DNA of 26,366 nt from Methanothrix sp. (GTDB lineage Archaea; Halobacteriota; Methanosarcinia; Methanotrichales; Methanotrichaceae): contig JBAXWY010000039.1 in NCBI GenBank assembly GCA_037128175.1, forward strand, positions 1 to 26,366, in the 5' to 3' direction. The notes below the pieces were generated by a model. It saw only the letters and a program-made list of their open reading frames with translations, was not told where the DNA came from and did no database searches. Positions within the stretch are counted from its first letter, which is position 1, and every line of letters begins with the position of its first letter. Positions 9,362-18,067 of this stretch are shown piece after piece. Position numbers and translations under genes: made by a program.

Positions 9362-10534
9362 ATGGAGTATGTTCTTTCCCCCAAATCAGAGATCGATAGC
9401 CGTATAAAGACGTTGCAGTCCCAGATGGGCGAGATGGACGGAGCACTCTTGTTTCATGCTGTAGACGTGTGCTACTTTTCCGGCACCGCTCAGGACGGGC
9501 TGGTCTACATCCCCAGAGACGGCGAGCCCGTGGTTATGATGAAGAGAAGCCTGGAAAGGGCAGTGCAGGAATCGCCCCTCGATGTGAGGGCGCTCAAGAA
9601 CATGAGAAATTTGAAGTCTGACCTGGGCATTTCAGCCAAAGCTACCGTCGGCCTGGAGATGGATGTGCTTCCCTGCAGCTTCTATTTTAAAGTGGACAGG
9701 GCACTGGAAGATGCCAAATTTGTCGATGTTGCCGAAAAGATCAAGCACATCCGTTCTGTGAAGTCCTATTTTGAAGTGGGCCTGATAAAAGAGGCGGCCC
9801 GAATTTTGGAGGCCGGTTTTTCCTCAGTCCCAGACTTTTTGGAAGAAGGCATGAAAGAAGTAGACCTGATCTGCCGGATCGAGTCGGTGATGCGCTCCAT
9901 GGGTCATCAGGGGTCACTGCGTTTTCGCAGGTTCAACAGCATTGTCCCCTTAGGCCATGTCATGTGCGGAGCGGAAGCGGCCTTTCCCAGCTTCCTGGCT
10001 TCGCCCAGCGGGGGCCGGGGCACCTCTTTAATATTTCCCCAGGGGGCAGGCTTTGCTAAGATAAAGAGAAACGAGCCGGTATTCGTGGACTGCGTGGGTA
10101 TCTACAACGGGTATATCGCCGACGCCACCCGCATATTCTCCCTGGGCAAGCTGGAGGCGGGTCTGGAAGACGCCTACCAAGCCGCCTGCCAAATCGAGGA
10201 GACCGTGGCCGGAGAGCTTGTCGCAGGCCGGACGGGCAGGGAATTGTTCGAGCTGTCCGAGACAACTGGTGAAACCCTGGGCTACCAGGACTTCTTAGGC
10301 GGGACCAATGGCAATAAATGCGGTTTTGTGGGCCACGGCGTAGGGTTAGAACTGGATGAGTACCCGGTGATCGGCCCCCTGGATCATGTGGTGCAGAGCA
10401 GCATGACCATCGCCATCGAGCCCAAGATAATTTATCCCGACAAGGGCGTGCTGGGAATAGAGGACACCTACTTGACTACGGCAGGCGGAGCCGTGTGCCT
10501 CACCAATATGCCGCGAGAGATCTGGCAGGTGTGA
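9362..10534 (+). CDS. Xaa-Pro aminopeptidase/prolidase family (M24B)
   Basis: Creatinase-N-like domain, RSVKS..E, metal ligands VDC...GYIADATR, GHGVG, IEP, GIED. Confidence 0.9.
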   Translation: MEYVLSPKSEIDSRIKTLQSQMGEMDGALLFHAVDVCYFSGTAQDGLVYIPRDGEPVVMMKRSLERAVQESPLDVRALKNMRNLKSDLGISAKATVGLEMDVLPCSFYFKVDRALEDAKFVDVAEKIKHIRSVKSYFEVGLIKEAARILEAGFSSVPDFLEEGMKEVDLICRIESVMRSMGHQGSLRFRRFNSIVPLGHVMCGAEAAFPSFLASPSGGRGTSLIFPQGAGFAKIKRNEPVFVDCVGIYNGYIADATRIFSLGKLEAGLEDAYQAACQIEETVAGELVAGRTGRELFELSETTGETLGYQDFLGGTNGNKCGFVGHGVGLELDEYPVIGPLDHVVQSSMTIAIEPKIIYPDKGVLGIEDTYLTTAGGAVCLTNMPREIWQV

Positions 10535-10558
10535 GGGATAGCAGCGGCTCAGAGATCA

Positions 10559-10801
10559 TTACTTTCGTACAAGAAGCTTTTCAGCTTCATCCTTCATATC
10601 AGCCAGCGCTAATTTAACAAGCTCTTCAGATAAGCCAAGCTCTTCAGCAAGCTCTCTTGGAGTAGCTGCCTTGTGGTTTTCATTCTCTAACATGTGTTTA
10701 GCTTGAGCCAAATTCACCGTGCGCCTAATCTCAAGGAACTTTTTATAAAGCATATCCAATCCAAGGGCAGTCAATTGAGCCTCTACATTTTGTTTATCCA
10801 T
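10559..10801 (-). CDS. Small protein with C-terminal HTH-like motif (80 aa)
   Basis: RBS GAGGTG before ATG 10801. ATPRELAEELGLSEELVKLAL resembles an HTH. Confidence 0.6.
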   Translation of the reverse strand: MDKQNVEAQLTALGLDMLYKKFLEIRRTVNLAQAKHMLENENHKAATPRELAEELGLSEELVKLALADMKDEAEKLLVRK

Positions 10802-10930
10802 ATTTTCACCTCTACCCAATACCTGTAATTTAGCCCGTTCTTATACATGTTGCAGTAGTCCTTGTGTGCAAGCATTCCGTCTATCTGAATGCCCAAAACT
10901 TATTTACCCTCCGGCAAAGTTGCTTTGGCC

Positions 10931-12154
10931 ATGGAGATACTTGCCGATGTCGGTGGAAGACCTGGCCTGGATTGCAAAGGCTTTTGCAGCTACTGTTATT
11001 TCAAAGGAGTAAAACGCGTTCCACCCTTCGGCTGCAAGTTTTGCATGCCCTTTCAGAAGGGCTGCGACTACTGCTCCCGCGCCATTGTGGAGGGCTATCC
11101 CGGCTTCAAGCCCATGGACGCCGTCGTTTTCGAGGTTGCTGGAAAGTGCATGGGCAGCATCCCAGATAAAGTCACCATCAGCGGCGGCGGGGATTTGAGC
11201 TGCTACCCCGACCTTCTGCCCCTGACCAAGATGCTTTCTCAGGGCATGGTGCCTATCGCTTTAGGCTACACCTCGGGAAAAGGCTTCAAGAGCGCAAATG
11301 ATGCCGTCGCCCTGGTGGAGGCTGGCGTAACTGAGGTCTCCTTTACCGTCTTTTCCACTAACCCACAGCTGCGCAGAAAGTACATGGGAGACAAAAATGC
11401 GGAAATTGCCATCGAGTGCCTTAAGATCTTCTGCCAGAGTTGCGAGGTTTATGGAGCCGCGGTTCTCATCCCCGGCGTCAACGACGGAGCAGAGCTGGAG
11501 AAGACCTGCAGCGACCTGGAGGATATGGGTGCGAAAGGACTGATCCTGATGAGATTTGCCAACTCTCGCGAGCAGGGTCTGATCCTGGGCAATGCGCCTA
11601 TCATGCCGGGCATAACGCCGCACTCGGTGGAAGAGTTTCAAAACATCGTTACAGAGACGGCAAAGAGGTATCGCTTGCGGGTAACGGGAACTCCTCTATG
11701 GGATCCCATGACGGGGGCGCCCTTCGCCCTGGCCCGCCATCCGGAAAAGATCACCACTCTGCCACTCCTACGCAGAAGCGCCACCGTTATCACCAGCAGT
11801 ATAGCCCTGCCCTTGCTGACTGCAGTCTTCCAGCAGATGGGAGAGAAGGGGAAGGTCAACGTGGTGGGGGTCGACAAAGATGTGGGCTGCCTGATAACCA
11901 TAGAGGATTTCATGAACCTGGATCTCAAAGAGGTCAAGGACACGGTTATCATTCCTGGGCGCACCCTGGCCCACGAGAAAGAGATTAAAAAGGCGCTTTC
12001 TCGCGACGGCCGGAACCGTATTGTGGCTCGGGGCCCGGACAGGCTCACCGTGGATGGAGAGATGAGCATCTCCATGACAACTGAAGAGGTCTTGGATCTG
12101 GAAATGGAGGCCTTCGGGGAGCTGATTGAAGCCATCAACGCGCTGGGGGTCTAG
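10931..12154 (+). CDS. mmp10: Methanogenesis marker protein 10, radical SAM/cobalamin MCR arginine C-methyltransferase
   Basis: MEILADVGGRPGLDCKGFCSYCYFK (CX3CX2C), iron-loop CKFC...CDYC, ISGGGDLSCYP, C-terminal RGPDRLTVDGE. ATG 10931 matches the homolog N-terminus. Confidence 0.93.
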   Translation: MEILADVGGRPGLDCKGFCSYCYFKGVKRVPPFGCKFCMPFQKGCDYCSRAIVEGYPGFKPMDAVVFEVAGKCMGSIPDKVTISGGGDLSCYPDLLPLTKMLSQGMVPIALGYTSGKGFKSANDAVALVEAGVTEVSFTVFSTNPQLRRKYMGDKNAEIAIECLKIFCQSCEVYGAAVLIPGVNDGAELEKTCSDLEDMGAKGLILMRFANSREQGLILGNAPIMPGITPHSVEEFQNIVTETAKRYRLRVTGTPLWDPMTGAPFALARHPEKITTLPLLRRSATVITSSIALPLLTAVFQQMGEKGKVNVVGVDKDVGCLITIEDFMNLDLKEVKDTVIIPGRTLAHEKEIKKALSRDGRNRIVARGPDRLTVDGEMSISMTTEEVLDLEMEAFGELIEAINALGV

Positions 12155-12262
12155 GCCGGAGGAAAGCCGCCAAGAATCATACAAGAAGGCCATTTCGCCC
12201 TCATTGACATCGACCGCTCTTTACTTATTCCAATCCGTCAGAAGTAATTATAGGTGATAATT

Positions 12263-12841
12263 ATGGAAGAGGACTTTAAGGAAGCGGCAAAGTTTCACGG
12301 TCACGTCTGCCCTGGCCTCGCTATGGGCTATCGGGTAGCAAAGTATGTCAAAGAGCACTACCCCCGTTCCAAGGATGAGGAGCTGGTCTGCATTGCTGAG
12401 AACAAATCCTGCAGCGTGGATGCGGTGCAGTCGCTCCTGGGCTGCACGGCCGGCAAGGGCAATCTGATCTTTGTGGATAATGGCAAGCAGGTCTTCACCT
12501 TCTACTCTCGCGATATGGACCGCGCCATGCGCATCTACTTCAAGGGCGATGTCTTCCGGGGGATGGATGCCCTGCGCCAGAAGGCGGCGACGGGAAATCT
12601 TTCTGGGGAAGAGAAGAAGGAGTTTGAGGGGCTGAGGGCTCGGGTCATCGAGGAGATATTGAGCGGCAAAGACGAGGATCTGCTCTATGTGAAGGAAGTT
12701 GATATTCCCGCACCCGAGAAGGCCAAGATCTATCCCTCCCTCGAGTGCCAGGAGTGTGGGGAAGGCTTCATGGAGATCCTGGGGCGGACGGCAGGCGGAA
12801 AGGTGCTCTGCAAGGAGTGCTTCGGAAAAATGGTGTGCTGA
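12263..12841 (+). CDS. fmdE: FmdE family protein with C-terminal zinc finger
   Basis: FHGHVCPGLAMG, CSVDAVQ, GCTAGKGNL, CQECGE...CKEC. RBS AGGTGA before ATG 12263. Confidence 0.9.
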   Translation: MEEDFKEAAKFHGHVCPGLAMGYRVAKYVKEHYPRSKDEELVCIAENKSCSVDAVQSLLGCTAGKGNLIFVDNGKQVFTFYSRDMDRAMRIYFKGDVFRGMDALRQKAATGNLSGEEKKEFEGLRARVIEEILSGKDEDLLYVKEVDIPAPEKAKIYPSLECQECGEGFMEILGRTAGGKVLCKECFGKMVC

Positions 12842-12951
12842 GGCGGGCGGATATTTTGCGGATCACATACCAGCCGGGGAGGATGCTAACGCTTATATAT
12901 AATTATTAATAATAACTATTGTACCGGATCAAAAAAAAGGAGGAGACTGTC

Positions 12952-13704
12952 ATGAGAAACAAATACTATGGCATTATTCTTTTCAGCCTGGTCCTAATCG
13001 CAGTTCTGCCGGCCCAGGGAGGAACAGTAAGCATCAACACCCTTCAATATCCTGCTTCGCCTGAAACCCTAACCGTGGGCGAGCGTGTGCCAATTGTGGT
13101 CAGCATCAATTACGCCAACCTGGCGCAGTCGACATTGAGCCTGCACCTCGCCTATGCCGATTATCCGCCTCGCTTTCAGAGCGGCGGCGAAATTGCGGTC
13201 TCGGGCAGCGGCACCTATCTGTTCCCGCCCGCCGAGATTATGGTGCCTGCCAGCTATTCCATTCCCTCGGGATGGCCCGAATACATAAACGAGTGGCATC
13301 TCAAAGCGGAAATATGGAAGGGAGACCAGCTTGTGTCAGGCAGGTCATTCACGCTGCTGGTTGAGAATCCAGAGTATAAACCGGACGTGGAGATCGGCAG
13401 CATCGAATACGTCGTCCCACCGGACACGATTGCCGTAGGTGAAGAGAGCCTGGTGAAAGTGAACACAGTCTACTCCAATTTAGCAGCCGGAACCAAGATC
13501 GAGGCAACGCTGCGTGACCAATCGGGCATCATAGCCTCTCGTTCGAGCCGGGCCCTTTCCGGTAGCGGCGAGTTGACCTTCAGCATGACCGTAAAGCCCA
13601 GGAGAGCGGGAGCCTGGCTTATTGAAGCAGCTCTGGGAACGGGATCGGGCTCAATTCTTGTGGGGGATAAGAAGAGCTTCCAGATCAATGTGGTTACTGG
13701 ATAA
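12952..13704 (+). CDS. Secreted protein with two tandem beta-rich (Ig-like) repeats
   Basis: AGGAGG RBS, signal peptide MRNKYYGIILFSLVLIAVLPAQG. Internal repeat PETLTVGE..YANL..SGSG versus PDTIAVGE..YSNL..SGSG. Confidence 0.7.
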   Translation: MRNKYYGIILFSLVLIAVLPAQGGTVSINTLQYPASPETLTVGERVPIVVSINYANLAQSTLSLHLAYADYPPRFQSGGEIAVSGSGTYLFPPAEIMVPASYSIPSGWPEYINEWHLKAEIWKGDQLVSGRSFTLLVENPEYKPDVEIGSIEYVVPPDTIAVGEESLVKVNTVYSNLAAGTKIEATLRDQSGIIASRSSRALSGSGELTFSMTVKPRRAGAWLIEAALGTGSGSILVGDKKSFQINVVTG

Positions 13705-13757
13705 GAGATAAAAATATATGATCCACGAGTCGAGAAAACAAGGCGAAAGCTGCAAGA

Positions 13758-14192
13758 ATGGGAGAGCCAACCGTAGAAGCAATGAAGCCTGAAAACAAGA
13801 CCCTTATCAAAGCCCTCCTGGAGAACAGCGCCTCCCTGCAGGAGGACATCCTCGACGACACCGAAAAGATGCTGGGCACCGTGCCCTTTATACTGCAGGT
13901 CATGGCCCGTCGCCCGCAGTTCATGATCTTCTCCAGCCTGAAGGACTTCTACGCGTTGCGGCCGCAAAGCCTGGAGCCAAAAGTCGCGGAGCTCCTGGCC
14001 GTGGCCGCAGCGGCGAGCGCCGGCGCGGACAAGTGCCTGAAGGTGCACATGAGCGCGGCTGCCCGCGCGGGGGCGAGCGAGGACGAGATCCTGGATGCGG
14101 TGTTCATCGCCGCCATCATCGGCCAGACGAAGGTGCTGGCCTCGGCGCTACGCACGTTCCAGGAGTTTGAGAGCGGATCGAAAGAGAAGTAG
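13758..14192 (+). CDS. Carboxymuconolactone decarboxylase/AhpD family protein
   Basis: LEPKVAELLAVAAA...CLKVH...AGASEDEILDA pattern. Confidence 0.85.
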   Translation: MGEPTVEAMKPENKTLIKALLENSASLQEDILDDTEKMLGTVPFILQVMARRPQFMIFSSLKDFYALRPQSLEPKVAELLAVAAAASAGADKCLKVHMSAAARAGASEDEILDAVFIAAIIGQTKVLASALRTFQEFESGSKEK

Positions 14193-14237
14193 GAATGGAG
14201 GTCTTTATTGAGCCGCAGTTAACTTTGGGCGTTCGTC

Positions 14238-14264
14238 CTCCGTGCGCTCTGTGACTCTGTGGTT
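14238..14264. repeat. Three-unit CTC(C/T)GTG REP-like arm
   Basis: CTCCGTGCG-CTCTGTGA-CTCTGTGGTT. A degenerate opposing arm may begin at AACCGCAGAC (14310-14319). Confidence 0.5.
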
Positions 14265-14349
14265 TTATCCCGTAAACCCCCATTATTAAAATATTCATCT
14301 CGGAATACTAACCGCAGACGGCAGAAAGATGCGCAATTTTACCTCAACA

Positions 14350-14414
14350 GCCCGAAAGCTTCATGGCACCAGCAGACCCCGAAGAGCTTGGATGGTATTA
14401 GTACTATGCAACGA
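14350..14414 (+). repeat. Direct repeat copy 1: promoter-like region and first 8 codons of the 15413 microprotein
   Basis: GCCCGAAAGCTTCATGGC is identical to 15369-15386. AGAGCTTG-G-ATGGTATTAGTACTATGCAACGA matches the end of copy 2 (MVLVLCND versus MVVILCND). Confidence 0.85.
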
Positions 14415-14513
14415 TATGGGGCCAAAATTGAGTCGGCGAATACATTCGACCGGCATCTAAACGAATTGGTTCACGAAAAAGATAATTATCATGACGAAAC
14501 ACTCGAATGATGC

Positions 14514-15341
14514 ATGACACTTGTCCACTGGATTGGTGTGCTAATCAACAATTTTCTGAATAAATTTGGGTACAATATTTATCATACAGGAATCGAAAGA
14601 GATGGGAAATACATAGCAATAATTAAGGAATTAGAAGGGGCATATATAGAGTTTTTATTTAAGGATTTGCCCACAAATGATGAACGCAGAATCCATCTAA
14701 TTAGTAAATTAGAAGGAACAGAACCTAGCGAGGCATTATATTTATTAAATTATTTACACAAGGCTTTAAAATTAGAAGGGGACGTTTGCGAGTTTGGAGT
14801 CGCGAATGGCGCGACATCTGCTTTAATTGCAAACGAAATCAAGAAAACTGACAAAGGCATCTGGTTATTTGATTCTTTCAAAGGGCTACCTGCACCATCT
14901 ATAAAAGATGTTTTGCTTAATGATATATATGGTTTGGGCTCAATCGAAGCCTACGAAGGAAAAATGGCATGCCCTATTGATAGCGTATCTGCTAAATTGA
15001 ACGATATAGATTTTCCTCAATCAAGAACAAAAATAATACCTGGATTTATAGATGAGACTATAAAATGCTGCAATCTTCCCAAGAAGGTTTGTTTTGCTTA
15101 TGTGGATTTTGATTTTTACGAACCTATACGCACAGCTCTAAATTTTCTTGATACCGTCCTGACAATAAATGGATTCATTATGGTTGACGATTATGGATTT
15201 TTTTCTGCCGGTGCGAAGGACGCCGTGGATGAGTTCGTTGATGCCAAAAAGGGAAATTATCAAACATTTTTCCCAAACGAATCAGCTGGAAAATTTTGTA
15301 TATTAAAGAGAACAGAATTAAACCACCAACGAAAAATGTGA
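14514..15341 (+). CDS. TylF/MycF/NovP family O-methyltransferase
   Basis: GDVCEFGVANG, WLFDSFKGLP, GFIDET, YVDFDFYEP, IMVDDYG. Markedly AT-rich compared with its neighbours. Confidence 0.88.
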   Translation: MTLVHWIGVLINNFLNKFGYNIYHTGIERDGKYIAIIKELEGAYIEFLFKDLPTNDERRIHLISKLEGTEPSEALYLLNYLHKALKLEGDVCEFGVANGATSALIANEIKKTDKGIWLFDSFKGLPAPSIKDVLLNDIYGLGSIEAYEGKMACPIDSVSAKLNDIDFPQSRTKIIPGFIDETIKCCNLPKKVCFAYVDFDFYEPIRTALNFLDTVLTINGFIMVDDYGFFSAGAKDAVDEFVDAKKGNYQTFFPNESAGKFCILKRTELNHQRKM

Positions 15342-15368
15342 TAAAAAAATCCATCAAGCCTCCCAATT

Positions 15369-15435
15369 GCCCGAAAGCTTCATGGCTCTTGCCCCCCCCC
15401 ATGAGAGCTTGAATGGTAGTAATACTATGCAACGA
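15369..15435 (+). repeat. Direct repeat copy 2, the intact copy
   Basis: Matches 14350-14414 and continues into the intact 51-aa ORF. Confidence 0.85.
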
Positions 15436-15568
15436 CGGCGAGATAGAGGTGCCGGATGGCGAGATATGCCAGATCTGCGGACAGGAGCTGGAAGAGTTTG
15501 ACGAGGTCACGGGTACAGGCATTCACGGGTACTACCACTGGGTTTGCGTGAACCACGTGGATGCGTGA
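15413..15568 (+). CDS. 51-aa acidic CxxC...HxxC zinc-finger-like microprotein
   Basis: Manual translation MVVILCNDGEIEVPDGEICQICGQELEEFDEVTGTGIHGYYHWVCVNHVDA*. GC-rich third positions match the core genes. Confidence 0.75.
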   Translation: MVVILCNDGEIEVPDGEICQICGQELEEFDEVTGTGIHGYYHWVCVNHVDA

Positions 15569-15680
15569 GCCGCTTCGGGCAGACGGAGGAGCGCGGGCAC
15601 GGGCCGTTCGCCGATGGCAAGATTCATAAACCAGCAGGTGCTTGCAGTATCCTCGATCTGTCTCTCAAGGCAGATCGTAA

Positions 15681-15765
15681 GCGGGGATAACCAAGCCAGG
15701 CCAACGGTGATAGACTCAAGATCTATTCTCGCAGGAGTTCAAGGGTTCGAATCCCTTTCCCCGCA
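15681..15765 (+). tRNA. tRNA-Leu(CAA)
   Basis: Acceptor GCGGGGA/TCCCCGC plus discriminator A, anticodon arm ATAGA-CTCAAGA-TCTAT, long variable arm, T arm AAGGG-TTCGAAT-CCCTT. No intron and no encoded CCA. Confidence 0.97.
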
Positions 15766-15858
15766 TAAATCTTGTTTTATGGCACCGCTATGCTTCGCTC
15801 TCTTAGCCAATTGTTCCCCATCTCCATAATCGCGATAGAAATATAATGATATCGGCGA

Positions 15859-15892
15859 GTCAACTCCCCTACCCAAAAGAGATGGGGACTCC
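15859..15892 (-). mobile_element. Possible solitary IS200/IS605-family end hairpin
   Basis: Minus strand GGAGTCCCCATCTCTTTTGGGTAGGGGAGTTGAC resembles the CCCC..CTTTAG..GGGG..GTTGAC ends of IS605/IS1341-type elements. No tnpA or tnpB is present. Confidence 0.4.
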
Positions 15893-15923
15893 TTGGGCAA
15901 CGAGATGAACGCTGCGAGACCAT

Positions 15924-16703
15924 TCACATAACCGAGCCGGAGAATGCAGAGCTAGATGATTCTTCACTCATTGATCCGCCGCCAGATGACATGCTGGTGG
16001 ATATGGAGGAGCTAATGCCTTTGCTTGCCCCCTGATTCCCAGAAAGCTGGACGGGCGTCGCTGCTGTCGAGTTCGTGGCCGCATGTGCACCAGGTCCATC
16101 TTTGGATACCGTAGATGTGGGCTTGAAAATATTCGAGGAAACCGAGAACGTGACCTCGCCGGACCAGCTGTTACCACCGGCCATGTAGGCAGTATAGGTC
16201 CCTGCAGCCAGTGAGGATAATGACAGATTGAGCTTGTACAGGTCCGAGACTCCCACTGGGATCACGACTAAGCTCATCTTACCCCCTGCGATTGAGCCGC
16301 TGGCTGTGGCCTCCTCTGTTTCATTTCCTCTATTTATTACTCCCTGGCCCATGACCACGTCTTCGTTCTGGATCAGATACAGTTTCATCTGCTCTGGTGT
16401 TTTGCCCATGAGATCGAAGGACCATGTTCCGGTCACATTCACATTATCCAGAGAATTATCTGCATCCGCTTCGGACTGAGGCACGACTGAGAAACCTGGT
16501 TGTTTGCTATCTGATTTATAGAACGGATTGGATTTTGCTATTATTCCTGCCGTCCTGGCCTCCAAAATGAGTTCTTGGGGCAAGGGCATGGACATGGATT
16601 CACCCAGTTGGCTGGGATTGAGCGGGTCACCTGGCTGTGCATCTGCCTGTACTAAGAAAAAAGCAATAACGGTTATGCTGAACAGCAACTTTTGGTATAT
16701 CAT
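15924..16703 (-). CDS. Secreted hypothetical protein with beta-rich core and Ser-rich tail
   Basis: Signal peptide MIYQKLLFSITVIAFFLVQADA from ATG 16703, core NVTGTWSFDL..., low-complexity S/M/G C-terminus. Confidence 0.7.
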   Translation of the reverse strand: MIYQKLLFSITVIAFFLVQADAQPGDPLNPSQLGESMSMPLPQELILEARTAGIIAKSNPFYKSDSKQPGFSVVPQSEADADNSLDNVNVTGTWSFDLMGKTPEQMKLYLIQNEDVVMGQGVINRGNETEEATASGSIAGGKMSLVVIPVGVSDLYKLNLSLSSLAAGTYTAYMAGGNSWSGEVTFSVSSNIFKPTSTVSKDGPGAHAATNSTAATPVQLSGNQGASKGISSSISTSMSSGGGSMSEESSSSAFSGSVM

Positions 16704-17140
16704 ATCTATCTGTCCTGGGTCCGACTGATGAGTGCCCAGTTCCCAGCGCACCCGGTTTAGGAATCGACTTTTGGAAGCCAGAACACTCTTTTCCACATCG
16801 ATCGCTTACAGCCTCTGAACCCAATAGCCACTTTCTGTTATTACTATATGACGATTTCGGTGTAGTTAAATGTCGAAGTAAATCCTGGAATCGTCCCCCA
16901 AAGTCAAAAACGCCGAAGCATGGATAGATTCATTATGGCGAATAGCAGGAGCAAAAAGGACATAATGATGAGCCCTGTGCGGATGGATTTTATTTTTACC
17001 CTCAATTCAGCCTTCTCAGATTTCCTAACGATTAGAATGGTTAACGAGGAGGGATTGGCAGATTGCGAAAGGATGTCAAAAGTTTTTTGAATCCCTTCTC
17101 AAGTCTGCCTGAATTAGGTATTTTCAGTGCCTTAGCCACA

Positions 17141-17260
17141 TTATTTCTTATGTGAAGCTTTCGGCTTTTCTGTTTCTGTTTTTTTATGTTCAGTCTTTTT
17201 CCCTACATCAGCTTTCGCCTTCTTAGCATCAGTCTTCTTCTCTGCATTATCATCTATCAT
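17141..17260 (-). CDS. 39-aa Lys-rich charged peptide
   Basis: MIDDNAEKKTDAKKAKADVGKKTEHKKTETEKPKASHKK*. GGAGG RBS upstream. Confidence 0.6.
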   Translation of the reverse strand: MIDDNAEKKTDAKKAKADVGKKTEHKKTETEKPKASHKK

Positions 17261-17569
17261 TTTTTGAATCCTCCATTTGTGGTTCTAAACCTAATAAGAT
17301 GTTTCTAGATAAAAAGCTTTTGGTATCAAAATATTAAAGTGCTATAAGCTATGCATATATAAATTTAAGGCATTTCGCAAGGGAATCTGGACTTTGTAGC
17401 TGCGCAGCTTAAAGGGACGAGAATAGAGAATAACAGGACCGCTGAATTGCTCTGTTGAGTTAAATAACATATATAAAATTATTATTACATTAAGAATTAC
17501 AAATTATTTAGGTACTTAAAATTTTATACACGTAAAATTTATAAGCAAGAAGCCACGTTATAGATAGTC

Positions 17570-17725
17570 ATGCAAAAAACTACATTGACCCTATCCGAAC
17601 CTGTAGCCAAAACATTGAAGGTTTACACCGTATTAACCAGGAGCAGCTTGCGTGCTCAAAGCCAAGTGGTCGAAGATGCCCTGATAGAGTTCTTCGAGAG
17701 GCACGATGTGAAGATGGAGACGTAA
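17570..17725 (+). CDS. 51-aa ribbon-helix-helix (CopG-like) protein
   Basis: MQKTTLTLSEPVAKTLKVY...QSQVVEDALIEFFERH. TATA box TTTATAAG (17538-17545) about 25 nt upstream suggests a leaderless mRNA. Confidence 0.72.
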   Translation: MQKTTLTLSEPVAKTLKVYTVLTRSSLRAQSQVVEDALIEFFERHDVKMET

Positions 17726-17755
17726 ACCAAGTAATGGGACAGGGAGGCGCAAGCA

Positions 17756-17980
17756 ATGGTTCGATGCAACGACCAGCATGCAGTAGATCTCGTTACGTAT
17801 ATTTCCAAGAATTGCAGATTCAAATTTTTCGTCTATGACCGAAGAGAGATTCAAACAATAGCAAATAATTTAGGATTAAAAAAAGATCGCGTACGTACAG
17901 AACTCAGAAAGTTAGGCTACTATTTAATTGAGAACAACAATGGTCGGAAGGTCTGGAAAAGAGATGGTGTGTCCATATGA
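17756..17980 (+). CDS. Small basic HTH-like protein (74 aa)
   Basis: GGAGG RBS. IQTIANNLGLKKDRVRTELRKLGY resembles an HTH followed by a wing. Confidence 0.6.
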   Translation: MVRCNDQHAVDLVTYISKNCRFKFFVYDRREIQTIANNLGLKKDRVRTELRKLGYYLIENNNGRKVWKRDGVSI

Positions 17981-18067
17981 GTGGGCAGATCGGCGACTTA
18001 AAAAGAAAGTGTGCGTTGATTCTTATGAGCTCTAAAGATCATTGATAGGTCCGTATACAAGTTGCTT

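Noticed and set aside
9269-10820. 11-bp direct repeat CTCTACCCAAT at 9269 and 10810
   Set aside because: It is short enough to arise by chance, and it flanks an ordinary peptidase with no mobility gene.
16725-16760. Hammerhead-like CTGATGA followed by a GTGC/GCAC stem
   Set aside because: The required GAAA after stem II is absent (CCGG instead).
16965-17020. C/D box sRNA starting at ATGATGA
   Set aside because: No CTGA box D at a suitable distance and no terminal stem.
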